Assembly: GCA_963808235.1 (NCBI GenBank)
Contig: CAWEEQ010000004.1
Location: 224,001 to 288,000 of the forward strand
Length of the DNA stretch: 64,000 bases
Origin: an uncultured delta proteobacterium
Lineage (GTDB): Bacteria; Desulfobacterota; Binatia; Binatales; Binataceae
Direction of reading: 5' to 3'
The notes under the pieces were generated by a model. The model was not told where the DNA came from, did not search any database, and was given only the letters and a program-made list of their open reading frames with translations. The position numbers and the translations under genes were made by a program. Below, piece by piece: positions 35,992 through 46,480 of this stretch. Position 1 is the first letter of the stretch. The number at the start of each line of letters is the position of its first letter.

Positions 35992-36945
35992 ATGATAGAG
36001 GTCCAGGAGCTAACCAAGTATTTCGGCGCCACGCTCGCGGTAAACCACGTATCGTTCAAGGTCGAGAAGGGCGAAATCATCGGGTTGCTGGGTCCCAACG
36101 GCTCCGGCAAGACGACGATCATGCGAATCCTGACCGGATTTTTTCCGGCGACTTCGGGACGCGCGATGATCGGCGGCCTCGACGTCGCGGAGCATTCCTT
36201 GGAAACGCGCCGGCGGGTCGGTTACCTGCCCGAAAATATGGTGCTCTATCCCGACTTGAGCGTCGATGCGCTGCTCGAGTTCGGCGCGCGGGTTCGTGAG
36301 ATCGATCCGAAGACGACGCGCGATCGAATTGAATATTCGCTGGACACGTGCGGGCTCAAGGATGTGCGCCGCAAGCTAATCGGCAAGCTCTCGAAGGGGT
36401 ACCGGCAGCGGGTCGGAATCGCGCAGGCAATCCTGAGCGATCCCGAAGTACTGATTTTAGACGAGCCGACGGTTGGACTCGATCCGCGCCAGGTGGTGGA
36501 AATCCGCGATCTCATCCGTTCGCTCGCCGGGCGTTCGACGGTGCTGCTCTCGACGCACATCCTGCCCGAGGTCAACATGACCTGCCGTCGCGTCGTGATC
36601 ATCGACCGCGGCCGAATCGTCGCGCAGGACACGCCCGAACAACTTACCGCTAAACTTCAGGGCACCGATCAAACTTTGATCGTAGTCGCGGGGCCGTCTC
36701 CGGCCGTGCGTGAGGCATTGACGGCGGTGAAGTTTGTCGAGCGGCTGGAAGATCGGCCGGTCGATGCTGGCAGCACCGGGCTGTGCTCGTTCATCGCATA
36801 CTCGACCGGGCATGGCGACGAAATCCGCAGCGCGCTTGCCTCCTGCGTGGTGCAGCACGGGTGGAACCTGCTCGAGATAAAGCCGGTGGCGCTCAGCCTC
36901 GAGGATCTTTTTATGCGCCTGGTCACCAAGGAAGACCGGGTTTAG
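35992..36945 (+). CDS. ABC transporter ATP-binding protein (GldA-like)
   Basis: GPNGSGKTT, LSKGYRQRVG, ILDEPT, STHIL. Confidence 0.93.
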   Translation: MIEVQELTKYFGATLAVNHVSFKVEKGEIIGLLGPNGSGKTTIMRILTGFFPATSGRAMIGGLDVAEHSLETRRRVGYLPENMVLYPDLSVDALLEFGARVREIDPKTTRDRIEYSLDTCGLKDVRRKLIGKLSKGYRQRVGIAQAILSDPEVLILDEPTVGLDPRQVVEIRDLIRSLAGRSTVLLSTHILPEVNMTCRRVVIIDRGRIVAQDTPEQLTAKLQGTDQTLIVVAGPSPAVREALTAVKFVERLEDRPVDAGSTGLCSFIAYSTGHGDEIRSALASCVVQHGWNLLEIKPVALSLEDLFMRLVTKEDRV

Positions 36946-37000
36946 AAGTAAGCCCGGGTCTAGCGGCGTCTGGAGAGTTCAATGTGCATTGAGGTAATCG

Positions 37001-37837
37001 ATGTCTAACGGTGCAGCAACACTCGACGCGGCACGCTCCGCCACCGACACGCGTCGCGCCGCGATACGCGCGGCGGGCACGGGCTTTTCGGTAGGCCGGA
37101 TGCTCGCGGTGACGCGCAAGGAATTGCGCTCGTACTTTGCGTTTCCGCTCGTCTATGTACTGTCGGGCGTATTTCTGGTGCTGGCCGGCTGGTACGCCTA
37201 CTCCGATCTGGTGTTCTTCGTCACGATCGCATTCGCGCACGATATCATTCAGAACTACTGGGGGCTGCTGTTCTCCGACATCCGACTGTGCCTCTTGCTG
37301 ACGCTGCCGTTTATCACGATGCGGCTCTTTGCGGAGGAGCGGAAACTCGGCACTATCGAACTGCTCTACACTTATCCGCTGCGCGACGGCGAAGTGCTTG
37401 GCGGAAAGTACCTCGCCTCGGTCGCGATCTTCTTCATGATGCTAGTGCTGACGATGGTCTATCCGATCTTTCTCTACGGGGTGCATTCGTTCCCGCTGTT
37501 TCCGCTGGTCGCGGGCTATCTCGGGTTATTTCTGATCGGATGCGCGTTTATCGCGTGCGGTGTTTTCATATCGTCGCTGTGCGAGAGCCAGGTGATGGCG
37601 GGAATGGGCACGATCGCGCTGCTGCTGCTGTTCTGGATCCTCAACTGGAACGAGGCAGCGTTTAGCAATGGGTACCTGGATACGCTGCGCGCGTTCTCGC
37701 TGTTCGATCAGTTCAGCAGCTTCTCCAAGGGCGTGATCGATCTCGATCACGTGACCTACTTCGTTTTCTTTATCGCGTTTTTTCTGTTTCTCACCCAGCG
37801 CTCGATGGAGGCACGCAAGTGGACCGGCCGCCGCTAA
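37001..37837 (+). CDS. ABC-2 permease (GldF-like)
   Basis: RKELRSYF, TMRLFAEERKLGTIELL.T.P, multiple TM. Confidence 0.9.
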   Translation: MSNGAATLDAARSATDTRRAAIRAAGTGFSVGRMLAVTRKELRSYFAFPLVYVLSGVFLVLAGWYAYSDLVFFVTIAFAHDIIQNYWGLLFSDIRLCLLLTLPFITMRLFAEERKLGTIELLYTYPLRDGEVLGGKYLASVAIFFMMLVLTMVYPIFLYGVHSFPLFPLVAGYLGLFLIGCAFIACGVFISSLCESQVMAGMGTIALLLLFWILNWNEAAFSNGYLDTLRAFSLFDQFSSFSKGVIDLDHVTYFVFFIAFFLFLTQRSMEARKWTGRR

Positions 37838-39264
37838 ACGATCCCGCGCCTTCTCCCGCGACGCGCGGTTCTTCGATCTGGTCGAACTACGTGGTGCTGC
37901 TCTATACGGTGGTTGCATTCGCGGCGGTGCTGATAATCGCCAATGCGATCCTCGCCACCCGCAACATCAGATGGGACCTGACTCCGTCCAAGCGATACTC
38001 GCTCTCCGAGTTCGACCAGCGGGTGCTGAGCGGGCTCAACCATAATGTGAAGGTGATGGCCTTCGTCAGGACCGAGGATCCAGCGTATCTCGAGCTTTCC
38101 GACCTGCTGTTCCAGGCCGCGGCGTTCACTCCGCGGCTGACTTACCAGGTAATCGACGTAAACAAGGCGCCCGGCCTTGCGCGCGAGTACGGCGTGTCGA
38201 GTTACGGCGAGGTGGTGGTGGAATCGCAGGGGCGCCGGCGCGATTTTGACAACGCGCGTTCCGATCTTTTGATTCCGGCGGTTTTGCAAATCTCGAACGA
38301 GACCAACAAGCACATATATTTCACTATCGGGCACGGCGAGCGCGACGTGTTCGACGCCGATCGCAACCAGGGCTACTCGCAATGGCGCAATCTGCTGGAA
38401 CAGAACAACTACGCGATCGACAACGTATCGCTGTTCGCCAGCGGAGTGCCCGAAGACGCCAAGGTCGTCGTGTCGCTCGGGCCGCGCAAGGATTTTCTGC
38501 CCGAGGAGCTTGCGGCGCTCGAAAAATATCTCGGCGGCGGCGGACATTACATTGCGATCATCGACCCGTTCGGTTCGCCGACGCTGGTCGACTTCATGAA
38601 GAAGTATTACCTCGATTTCATTCCGCAGGTCATCGTCGATCCCGCTTATCGCCTGACTGCCGGCGAGATTCTCACCACCCAGATTCCGCTGCGCTCGGAA
38701 ACAAACCCGATTAGCCGCTCGATGGCCGCGCCGGCGGTCTTCTCGCTCGGGCGGGGCGTTATGGTGACCGGTAAGGACGGAGCGACTGCGCCCGGCGGAC
38801 TCGTACTCGCGCTGGAGGACAAATTTCTGTCCTCGTCGCATGAGAGCTGGGCGTCGAACGATCCCAAGGCGCTGACGACGGGAATCACCGAGTACCAGGC
38901 GGGACGAGATATCAAGGGTCCGATTCCGGTCGCCGCCGAAGTCGACTTCGCGCCGGCGGCCACGCCGCATATTCCGGTTGTCAAGATGACGCGCATTGTA
39001 GGTATCGGCAGTTCCGCGTTTGCCTCGAACCAGTTCCTGGAGATGCTGGGAAATCGCGATCTCGCGGTCAGCCTGATCAACGAGCTGGCCGGGGACGAGA
39101 TGCTGATCGCGAGCCGCGAGCGACTCAACAAGAGCGAAACCGCCGCCTTCTACATCAGCGATCAGCAGGCTGGACATTTGTTGATCCTCGGATCGGTCGT
39201 CGAGCCTGCGATCCTGTTTCTGATCGCGGCTACCGTGTTCATGCGCAGGAGGTTCTTTACTTGA
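37819..39264 (+). CDS. GldG-like ABC auxiliary component
   Basis: RWDLT.SKRYSLS, IYFTIGHGE, GNRDLAV, C-terminal TM. Confidence 0.88.
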   Translation: MDRPPLNDPAPSPATRGSSIWSNYVVLLYTVVAFAAVLIIANAILATRNIRWDLTPSKRYSLSEFDQRVLSGLNHNVKVMAFVRTEDPAYLELSDLLFQAAAFTPRLTYQVIDVNKAPGLAREYGVSSYGEVVVESQGRRRDFDNARSDLLIPAVLQISNETNKHIYFTIGHGERDVFDADRNQGYSQWRNLLEQNNYAIDNVSLFASGVPEDAKVVVSLGPRKDFLPEELAALEKYLGGGGHYIAIIDPFGSPTLVDFMKKYYLDFIPQVIVDPAYRLTAGEILTTQIPLRSETNPISRSMAAPAVFSLGRGVMVTGKDGATAPGGLVLALEDKFLSSSHESWASNDPKALTTGITEYQAGRDIKGPIPVAAEVDFAPAATPHIPVVKMTRIVGIGSSAFASNQFLEMLGNRDLAVSLINELAGDEMLIASRERLNKSETAAFYISDQQAGHLLILGSVVEPAILFLIAATVFMRRRFFT

Positions 39265-39809
39265 GAGCGCGTCCTGCAATTATCTACACGATCATCTTCT
39301 TCGTCCTGCTGCCGATATATTTCTGGAGCCAGCCGACCATAAAGCCGTCGGTCGCGCTTGCGCGAGAGAGGGAGGAGAGCCTGCTCAAGCTCGACGGCGG
39401 TATCGACGCGATCACCGTCGCGAGCGGGCCCGAGTCACTGCGCTTTCAGAAGACATCCGACGGCAAGCAATACCAGTTAGTCGCGCCACCGGGAAAATTC
39501 ATACCGCAGGACCTGATGAACGCGATGGTGGGACTGCTGCTCAACGCGAAGTCGGTGGAAGTCGTCTCTGAAGACTCAAATGACCTCGCGCAGTTCGGAC
39601 TCGATCATCCGAAAGCCCAAGTGACTGTCGAGGCGCCGGGCAGACCCCAGCCGATCAAGCTCGCATTCGGAAACGAAAACCCGACCCACACCGCCATCTA
39701 CGCGCAGATCGAGGGGCAGCCCAAAGTTTTTCTGCTCGGGCAAAACCTCGAGTACTACACGTCGCTGATGTTCCAGTGGATCGAGGGCAAGCAAGGCAAG
39801 AACGCTTAG
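39261..39809 (+). CDS. DUF4340-like protein
   Basis: LAQFGLDHP, FG.ENPT...YA; usual fourth gene of gldAFG-like operons. Confidence 0.75.
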   Translation: MRARPAIIYTIIFFVLLPIYFWSQPTIKPSVALAREREESLLKLDGGIDAITVASGPESLRFQKTSDGKQYQLVAPPGKFIPQDLMNAMVGLLLNAKSVEVVSEDSNDLAQFGLDHPKAQVTVEAPGRPQPIKLAFGNENPTHTAIYAQIEGQPKVFLLGQNLEYYTSLMFQWIEGKQGKNA

Positions 39810-39820
39810 CGGTCGCTCTT

Positions 39821-40102
39821 TCAGGAAGTCGCGATTCCTTTTTCGTCGAGCAGCCGCTCGAGCGCGCGAAGGAAATGCTCGTAGTACTCGCCATGGTCGG
39901 AGGTGCCGTCGCGCGCGCGAATACGATCCGACGCGCGGACTTCGGCAATCAAGCGGTCGCGGAATTCATCCCAAGTGAAAAGGCCTGATTCGGAAAGCTT
40001 CAGCGCGATTGCGAATGCGCGCGCTTCCCAGGGCGCGCTGAAAACATGCTCCGGATCAAGGCGCGCCGACTCGATCAGTTTGTTCAGCGCGTCGGTGCTC
40101 AT
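39821..40102 (-). CDS. Nitrile hydratase accessory/activator protein
   Basis: [33 protein letters not shown]; directly downstream of the alpha subunit. Confidence 0.9.
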   Translation of the reverse strand: MSTDALNKLIESARLDPEHVFSAPWEARAFAIALKLSESGLFTWDEFRDRLIAEVRASDRIRARDGTSDHGEYYEHFLRALERLLDEKGIATS

Positions 40103-40728
40103 GCGCGCATCCCGTTTGCGCCGGCGCGGGTCGGCGGAGCGAGCTCCTCGACCCCGACCATCGAGTCGCGCGTAACAAGGGCTGCGAGTTCGTCCTCGCT
40201 CATTCCCTCGGTGTTCTTCGGTCGCTGCGGGATTACCAAGTAGCGAATCTCCGCGCTCGAATCCCACATCCGAACTTCAACGTCAGCGCCGAGTTCCAGT
40301 CCGAAATCTTTCAGCACCCCGCGTGGATCGCGCACCGCTCGCGACCGATACGCGAAGCTCTTGTACCAGATCGGCGGCAACCCCAGCACTGGCCACGGGT
40401 AGCATGAGCAGAGCGTGCATACGACGAGATTGTGAACCCGGTCGGTATTTTCCACCGCGACCAGGTGGCCGCCTTCGGGGCCTGCAAAGCCGAGTTCTCC
40501 GACCGCGGCGGTTGCGTTCACGAGCAGGCGCTTTCGATACGCTGGATCGGTCCACGCTTTCGCGACGACGCGTGCGCCGTTGCGCGGTCCGACCCGCGTC
40601 TCGTAGGCGTCGACGATAGCGTCGAGCGCATTGGGATCGAGCAGGCCCTTTTCCGTCAGGATGGCTTCCAGAGCCTTCACCCGCGCGGCGGGTCCGCTTT
40701 CGTCGGCATTATGATGGTCGCCGCTCAT
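40099..40728 (-). CDS. nthA: Nitrile hydratase alpha subunit (cobalt type)
   Basis: [11 protein letters not shown] metal-binding motif (the T/Y variant is Co-type); [11 protein letters not shown]. Confidence 0.96.
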   Translation of the reverse strand: MSGDHHNADESGPAARVKALEAILTEKGLLDPNALDAIVDAYETRVGPRNGARVVAKAWTDPAYRKRLLVNATAAVGELGFAGPEGGHLVAVENTDRVHNLVVCTLCSCYPWPVLGLPPIWYKSFAYRSRAVRDPRGVLKDFGLELGADVEVRMWDSSAEIRYLVIPQRPKNTEGMSEDELAALVTRDSMVGVEELAPPTRAGANGMRA

Positions 40729-41432
40729 TTTTTCGTCTTCGTTGTCACGCGTTGGCGCGGCTTAGGCTTCGCATCAATCGGCTCAAGATAGTCCTCCCAC
40801 AAATCGACGAGAACTCGTTCGTTGCGATTCGCGGATTTTCCCCACAGCTCGCGCGCTTCGAATTTGACCGAATAGCAGTGCTGCGGCTTGGTTCCCGCGT
40901 GATGCGCATTGGTGTCGGGAAAAACGAACACGCCCCAGTCATGCGCGACGACGCCGCGCTTGCCGCGAACATAGCGGGGCAGGCGCGTGTGTCCCGGCGG
41001 ATTCAAATTGCGCGCGCGCACCCGATCACCCTTGGCGAAGCGCGCACGCGGCAGTTTCGCTCCTGGCTTCTCTTTGATCGGAGCGGGGCCGACCGCGTGC
41101 ACTCCAGGCGCGATCAGCGCTCGCGCAACTTCGGTTGAGTCACCCTGTTTCGCGAGCAGTTCCTCGCGCGTGACGATGCCGTGCTCGACGAGCAAAGTCT
41201 CCGCCGCCGCCAGCCATCGTTCGTAATACTTCGAGGCGAGATACTGGGCTGGTGGAATCCGCTCGACCGCGTGACGGAACTCATCAAAGCTACCCGGTGA
41301 CCAGCGCCTCGCGAGGCTCATACCGAGCGCGAGCATTCGCCCTTCCCAGTCGGCGTGAAAGACGGGTTCATTCTGTTCGCGGAAGACGGGGCCAAAGCCG
41401 TCCATTCCGCCCATGTCATGTATGCCATTCAT
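40725..41432 (-). CDS. nthB: Nitrile hydratase beta subunit
   Basis: [42 protein letters not shown]. Confidence 0.96.
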   Translation of the reverse strand: MNGIHDMGGMDGFGPVFREQNEPVFHADWEGRMLALGMSLARRWSPGSFDEFRHAVERIPPAQYLASKYYERWLAAAETLLVEHGIVTREELLAKQGDSTEVARALIAPGVHAVGPAPIKEKPGAKLPRARFAKGDRVRARNLNPPGHTRLPRYVRGKRGVVAHDWGVFVFPDTNAHHAGTKPQHCYSVKFEARELWGKSANRNERVLVDLWEDYLEPIDAKPKPRQRVTTKTKK

Positions 41433-41591
41433 CGAGTTTCTCGATCCGTCGCAGAGCGCCAGAATTATCGTCGACAGGCGCACGCGTACGCAAACCGTTT
41501 TGCAAAACCGCATCGCAGAGAATCGTCGCAGGATGATAATTTAGCGACTCTTGATAAGTTTTGTATTGCTATGATAGCCTCCATCCTCGCG

Positions 41592-42143
41592 ATGACTACA
41601 GAACCGCAATCTCGCGCGTCGCAAACTCGATGGCCCTTCGATATGCGAGTTTTCGCGACGATGTCCGCGCTATGGGCGCTATGCCTGGTGATTACTGCGT
41701 TTGCGCACGCGGGTGATCTTGATGTCGTCGATCCGGTGCAAACGGTCTTGGGGGGAATACGGTTCGATGGCGATGCCGCGCGGATCGTGCTGATCGTCGA
41801 GGCTGGGATTTTCGGGACGATCGCGATTGGAATTTTCGCCGAGCGGCGATGGGGTCTTGTGCTCGCGCTCTGCTTCATGGCGGAAGCCGTGATGAGTCAT
41901 CTGGCATTCGCGATCGCATACCTGCCGTTTCGATCGGAATGGATGAACGTGCGGCAGACCGCGAGCCAGGGGCCGATGATCGTGCTGATCACGCTATATC
42001 TGTGGATCCGCGCGTGCGATCTAATCTTCGATGCGCCCCCATCACCGGCGCGAACTCGCAGCGCGCGGGCTCCACGGCGTCAGGATGATGTCGCCGCGGA
42101 AGCGCGGCAGTTCAACTCAGTTGCCGACAGCGAACAGAGTTGA
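41592..42143 (+). CDS. Hypothetical membrane protein (about 4 TM)
   Basis: Four hydrophobic segments; start uncertain. Confidence 0.6.
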   Translation: MTTEPQSRASQTRWPFDMRVFATMSALWALCLVITAFAHAGDLDVVDPVQTVLGGIRFDGDAARIVLIVEAGIFGTIAIGIFAERRWGLVLALCFMAEAVMSHLAFAIAYLPFRSEWMNVRQTASQGPMIVLITLYLWIRACDLIFDAPPSPARTRSARAPRRQDDVAAEARQFNSVADSEQS

Positions 42144-43664
42144 GTTGTTGATCGCGTAGACCGTACCGTCGACGCCGACAATCGTCGGCGTATACGCCTC
42201 GCCGATTCCTGGCGTTAGCGTCACCGACTCCGACAGTGTGTTGGCCGACAGGTTCCAGCGATATAATTTACCGTCTTCACTGTTCACCAGCGCCGAGCCG
42301 GTGGCAGGATCGACCACGCCCGAGTTGATGCACCATTCCTTTACGCCGGGCAGATCGCCGTCCGGCGTCGGTCCCACGATGGTCCGCACTTCGTTCATTA
42401 CGCTCACGCCGGTAATCGGATCGGTTTCGGTCACGTTGGGATCGAGCACCGCGACCTTGTTCATCCCATCTCCGCCAGAATCGGCGTAGTTGTTGTACTT
42501 GGTCATCAGCAGGTAGCTCGAAGGGCCGCTGTACGACGGTATCGTCGAACTCGGCACTATCGAGGCGGTGGTATCGTATCCGAAAGCGCCCGGAATCCCG
42601 GACGCAACCAGGCGATCGCTGAAATGTAACAACCATCCACGATCATGATTTTCGGTGCAGCATGGACTCTCGAGCACGCCATAATAGACGTCGCCATCGG
42701 GACCGACTGTCGGCGACGCCGAGGTATCGTTGGACAACACCGCATCCTGACCCGACTTCGGATCTTTCAGCCGCACTCGAACAATCGGCGCGAGCGTACC
42801 GCTGTCAAGAGCGACCAGGTATCCCGCGTTGCTATTGTTGATCGCAACGTAAAGCGTCTTGAGGTCGGCGCTCAGCGCGGGCGCACAATTGATCACTACG
42901 CCGGTCATAGTCTGGTCGGCGGCGGCCGTAGTCACCGAAATCCAGCTACCGATGCCGTTCGAATCGATGCGGGCGATTCCGCTATGCAACCTTTTCTTGT
43001 GGGCATCGCGCAGGCGCCGATTAGAGTTGTCGAGCACCAGGAAGCCAAAATAGATGTTGCCCGCGGAATCCGTGCTGAGAGGAGTGTCGATCACAATATT
43101 CTGGTCGTACGCCCGCCGATGCTTCCGGTAATTTTTCATTCCGAAGAAAGCGAGTTGCCCCGTGCAATTGGCCGAGCCGGAACACGCCGCATCCGGGCTG
43201 TCGCGAAAATAAACGGTGCCACCAATTCCGGGAAAATAAAGCCGCGGCCGTGAGGTCAGCACCGGGCCAAAAACTGGAGTCACGACCTCGAACGGCGGCA
43301 AAACATAGTCGGTCGGCAGACTCCAGATTAAGCTGCCGTCGGTGCCGTCGCGCGCATCGACGCGGAAGCCTCCCAAAGCGCCGGTCTTCACCGGCACGAT
43401 CACTGTGTTTGCGGCGGTCACAATCGGCGAGCCGTAATGAATCTCCAGTTCGCCGCCAAGTAACTGCGGATCCAGATCCACTGGAGTCGACCAGATAATC
43501 CGGTTCAACGCCTGCGATGCGACCGGCGACTGCGCGCTATGCTGCGGGTCCAGCGCGAATCCGCTCCACTGGGCGATAGCAGGCGCAACAAACAAAAACG
43601 TCGCGGCGATTACGATGGCGATAGTGAGCGGAGTCTCAAACGATGCTCGGCTATCGTGCTTCAT
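42117..43664 (-). CDS. Secreted hypothetical protein, probable beta-propeller
   Basis: Signal peptide; W..FA.D.QHS, HYGSP, repeated P.V..DG.VY blades resembling PQQ-like repeats. Confidence 0.75.
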   Translation of the reverse strand: MKHDSRASFETPLTIAIVIAATFLFVAPAIAQWSGFALDPQHSAQSPVASQALNRIIWSTPVDLDPQLLGGELEIHYGSPIVTAANTVIVPVKTGALGGFRVDARDGTDGSLIWSLPTDYVLPPFEVVTPVFGPVLTSRPRLYFPGIGGTVYFRDSPDAACSGSANCTGQLAFFGMKNYRKHRRAYDQNIVIDTPLSTDSAGNIYFGFLVLDNSNRRLRDAHKKRLHSGIARIDSNGIGSWISVTTAAADQTMTGVVINCAPALSADLKTLYVAINNSNAGYLVALDSGTLAPIVRVRLKDPKSGQDAVLSNDTSASPTVGPDGDVYYGVLESPCCTENHDRGWLLHFSDRLVASGIPGAFGYDTTASIVPSSTIPSYSGPSSYLLMTKYNNYADSGGDGMNKVAVLDPNVTETDPITGVSVMNEVRTIVGPTPDGDLPGVKEWCINSGVVDPATGSALVNSEDGKLYRWNLSANTLSESVTLTPGIGEAYTPTIVGVDGTVYAINNSTLFAVGN

Positions 43665-43683
43665 GGCGCTCGCGCTACGTGAA

Positions 43684-43760
43684 TGGTGGCGACGGTAGGA
43701 GTCGAACCTACGACACTGCGGATATGAGCCGCATGCTCTGACCAACTGAGCTACGTCGCC
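43684..43760 (-). tRNA. tRNA-Met (CAT), elongator type
   Basis: Reverse complement: GGCGACG/CGTCGCC acceptor, TGCGG-CTCATAT-CCGCA, GGTTCGACTCC, ACCA end. Confidence 0.93.
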
Positions 43761-43816
43761 ACCGGGAATCGTCAAATGTAGCGTGAGCGTGGAAGGCGCG
43801 AAAGACGTGAAAAATG

Positions 43817-44542
43817 TCAGCGCAGCGGGATCGAGCGCGACTTGACCGCGCGATGCCCGCGCTGGACCTGGTAGAGCACGCCCTCGGTGAACTCGACACA
43901 GGTCAGCTTGCCGCCGTAAACGAGGCCGGTGTCGATGCCGAGTTTGTAGGGCAAATCGATCATCACTCCACGCATCGGCGTGTGGCCGAAAACCACGGTC
44001 GCGTCGATTCTGTGCGGATTGAAGATGAACTCCTGGCGAATCCAGAGCATGTCCTCGGTCGCCTGCTCTTCGAGCTGGCGCAGCGGCTGGATACCCGCGT
44101 GAACAAACAGGTAGGGCGGGCGCAAATAGCTGGTCGCAAGCCGGTCCATAAAGCTCACATGCGTCTCGGGCAAGCGCTCGCACGCGGACTCGAGGTCGTC
44201 TTCATGCACGCCGTAGCTGTCGAGCGTGGCGATGCCGCCGTTGAACAGGAACGACTCGCCGTAATTTCCGGGCATCCCGAGAAACGACAACATCATGTCT
44301 TCGTGATTGCCTTTCAGGAAAATGCACTCCGCGTTGCCGCGTTCGAGATCGAGTGCGAGTTCGACAACGTCGCGCGCCGACGGGCCTCGATCGACGTAAT
44401 CGCCGACGAAGACGACGGTATCGCCTTTAGTCGGCGCGATTGCCTTGAGGATCGCGCCCAATTCGTCGGGGCATCCGTGGATGTCGCCGATCGCGAAGAG
44501 TCGTCCCTCGCCGGGAGTGGTTGATTTTCGATGGACGGTCAT
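43817..44542 (-). CDS. Metallophosphoesterase (PPP-like Ser/Thr phosphatase family)
   Basis: GDIHG, GDYVDRG, GNHE, FVHAG, GHTP, IDTG. Confidence 0.93.
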   Translation of the reverse strand: MTVHRKSTTPGEGRLFAIGDIHGCPDELGAILKAIAPTKGDTVVFVGDYVDRGPSARDVVELALDLERGNAECIFLKGNHEDMMLSFLGMPGNYGESFLFNGGIATLDSYGVHEDDLESACERLPETHVSFMDRLATSYLRPPYLFVHAGIQPLRQLEEQATEDMLWIRQEFIFNPHRIDATVVFGHTPMRGVMIDLPYKLGIDTGLVYGGKLTCVEFTEGVLYQVQRGHRAVKSRSIPLR

Positions 44543-45579
44543 CAGACTGGCTTCGCGCTTCCATTGTGAAGCAATTGGATGAGTGCGTTGCGGTCCTCAA
44601 TAATACGACGCGCAGCGCTGTAAGGATTCAGACTGCCCGCGCGGATTTCGCCGATCACGTCGGGCGCGGCGCCTTCGAGCACCGCGCGCGCCGCGCGCTC
44701 TTCGAGTTCCGCGGACAGCACTTCGACGAATTCGCGAGTACGCCGTTGCGCTTCGCGGACAGGATCGGCATGTGCGCGGACGTATTCGCGATGTTTCGCG
44801 ATCGCGCCGACGAGCGAATCGATGCCTTGATCGATAGCAGCTTGCGTCAGGAGCACCGGCGGACGCCATCCTTCGCCCGCGCGTAGATGGACGCTCAGTT
44901 CGAGCTCGGCCTTGATACGATCGGCGCCTTCGCGGTCAGCTTTGTTGACCACGAACACGTCGGCGATTTCGTTGAGCCCGGCCTTCATGACCTGTACGCC
45001 ATCACCAGCCTCAGGGACGGTCACGACAACAGTCGTATCGGCCAGGTCCATAATTGCGAGTTCAGTCTGTCCGACGCCAACCGTTTCGATGATGATCACG
45101 TCACTGCCGTACGCGTCGAGCAACTTTACGATTTCGCGAGCGGCCCGGCTCAGTCCGCCGTGGCTGCCGCGCGACGCGAGGCTGCGAATATAGACGCCCG
45201 CGTCCTTATAGTGATCGGTCATGCGGACCCGATCCCCAAGCACGGCGCCGCCGGAAAATGGACTCGACGGATCGATCGCCAGGATGGCAATTTTCTTACC
45301 GAGTGCGCGGTACTTCGCGATGAGCCGATTGACGATGGTGGATTTGCCGGCGCCTGGAGGGCCGGTTATGCCCACCACTTGCGCACGTCCGGTCCGCGGA
45401 TAGATTCGCTCTATGATCGCGCTGGTTTCGGGCGCGCGATTTTCGACCATCGTGATGAGTTGCGCCAACGCCCGCATCTCACCCGCGTCGAAGCGCTTGA
45501 GAACGGCGTCGAGGCGCGCATCGCGGGTCACCGGGGACCCATCGGCCCTGGCGGAATTGTGTTGAGATTCTAGAGGCAT
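44542..45579 (-). CDS. meaB: Methylmalonyl-CoA mutase-associated GTPase MeaB
   Basis: GITGPPGAGKST, AIDPSSPFSGGAVLGDRVRM, ETVGVGQ, NKAD. Confidence 0.95.
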   Translation of the reverse strand: MPLESQHNSARADGSPVTRDARLDAVLKRFDAGEMRALAQLITMVENRAPETSAIIERIYPRTGRAQVVGITGPPGAGKSTIVNRLIAKYRALGKKIAILAIDPSSPFSGGAVLGDRVRMTDHYKDAGVYIRSLASRGSHGGLSRAAREIVKLLDAYGSDVIIIETVGVGQTELAIMDLADTTVVVTVPEAGDGVQVMKAGLNEIADVFVVNKADREGADRIKAELELSVHLRAGEGWRPPVLLTQAAIDQGIDSLVGAIAKHREYVRAHADPVREAQRRTREFVEVLSAELEERAARAVLEGAAPDVIGEIRAGSLNPYSAARRIIEDRNALIQLLHNGSAKPV

Positions 45580-45691
45580 ACCAGTTGGTATCGTAATGAT
45601 AGCGGCTTGCGATCGGACCGCGCAACAAAACTTCCGCAGCGGCCAGATTGCAGCGCGAATGGTGCTGTTTTTCGGCTGGGGCGCACTGAAT

Positions 45692-46480
45692 CTAGAACGG
45701 CCACTTGAGCCTGGGTGACATATCCAAACCCTCGCGATCGATCCATTCGACCACGCCTCGCCAATGGCGCTCGAGGATAAGCGCAACCCGTGCGGTATCC
45801 GCGAGCTCTCCTGACATCACCAGCCGGCAGAGTTCGTCGTGCCCATCGGGGCGCCCGATTAGCTGCATCGACTCCGCCAGATCAAGCCCGGCTGCCGTGT
45901 AGATTTTGCGACGGGCAAGGCCGAGCAACAAAGCGCTCATGAGAGCGACTCGGCAAGCCCGCGACGCAAGCTTGGAAAAATCGCCGGTGGATGCCGCGTT
46001 TCGCACCTTACCCATTCCCTCGTACAGTTCATCAACTATGATGCCTCGCTGAACCTCGGCGAACGTCTCATCAGGATGCGCAAACACAAGTTCGCGCAAC
46101 TCGTCGAAGAATCGCTCATCACCCCGAAGATGGCGTGGATACGCGAATTGCGCATGCGTGACGGACCATCCTTCATCGACCACGGCAGCCTTGTGGCGGA
46201 TGACGTCCTCTCCGAACAGTTCGACCTCGGCTTTGCCATCGCCGTGAACCCACTCGAACCGGCGGTCTTCTCCGGGTCGATCGATCACGCAGAACATTTC
46301 GATATCTGAGTAAGCTCCGTCCGCGCCGCGTCCAGTCGAGCCATACAGTCCGATGGCTACGACATGACCGCGATGGACATCGAGCAATCGCCTGACGATT
46401 GAATCGACCACAGCAAGCCGCTGAGCCTGCGACACTGCTCGTGGACCGGCTGCGAATTGAGGAGGCGTTTTGACGGCCAT
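45692..46480 (-). CDS. Kanamycin nucleotidyltransferase / ANT(4')-I-like protein
   Basis: AIGLYGSTGRGADGAYSDIEM, FEWVHG..KAEV, IIVDELYE..GKVRN, LVMSGEL, C-terminal PF; these parallel the KNTase sequence as I recall it. Confidence 0.85.
   Translation of the reverse strand: MAVKTPPQFAAGPRAVSQAQRLAVVDSIVRRLLDVHRGHVVAIGLYGSTGRGADGAYSDIEMFCVIDRPGEDRRFEWVHGDGKAEVELFGEDVIRHKAAVVDEGWSVTHAQFAYPRHLRGDERFFDELRELVFAHPDETFAEVQRGIIVDELYEGMGKVRNAASTGDFSKLASRACRVALMSALLLGLARRKIYTAAGLDLAESMQLIGRPDGHDELCRLVMSGELADTARVALILERHWRGVVEWIDREGLDMSPRLKWPF

Noticed and set aside
35992-39809. gldAFG-like operon as evidence of gliding motility
   Set aside because: This ABC type is widespread outside gliding Bacteroidota, and no other gld/spr genes are present
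43665-44183. N-terminal extension of the 688-aa ORF 42117-44183
   Set aside because: It runs through tRNA-Met and the phosphoesterase gene; the real start is most likely ATG 43664, before the signal peptide
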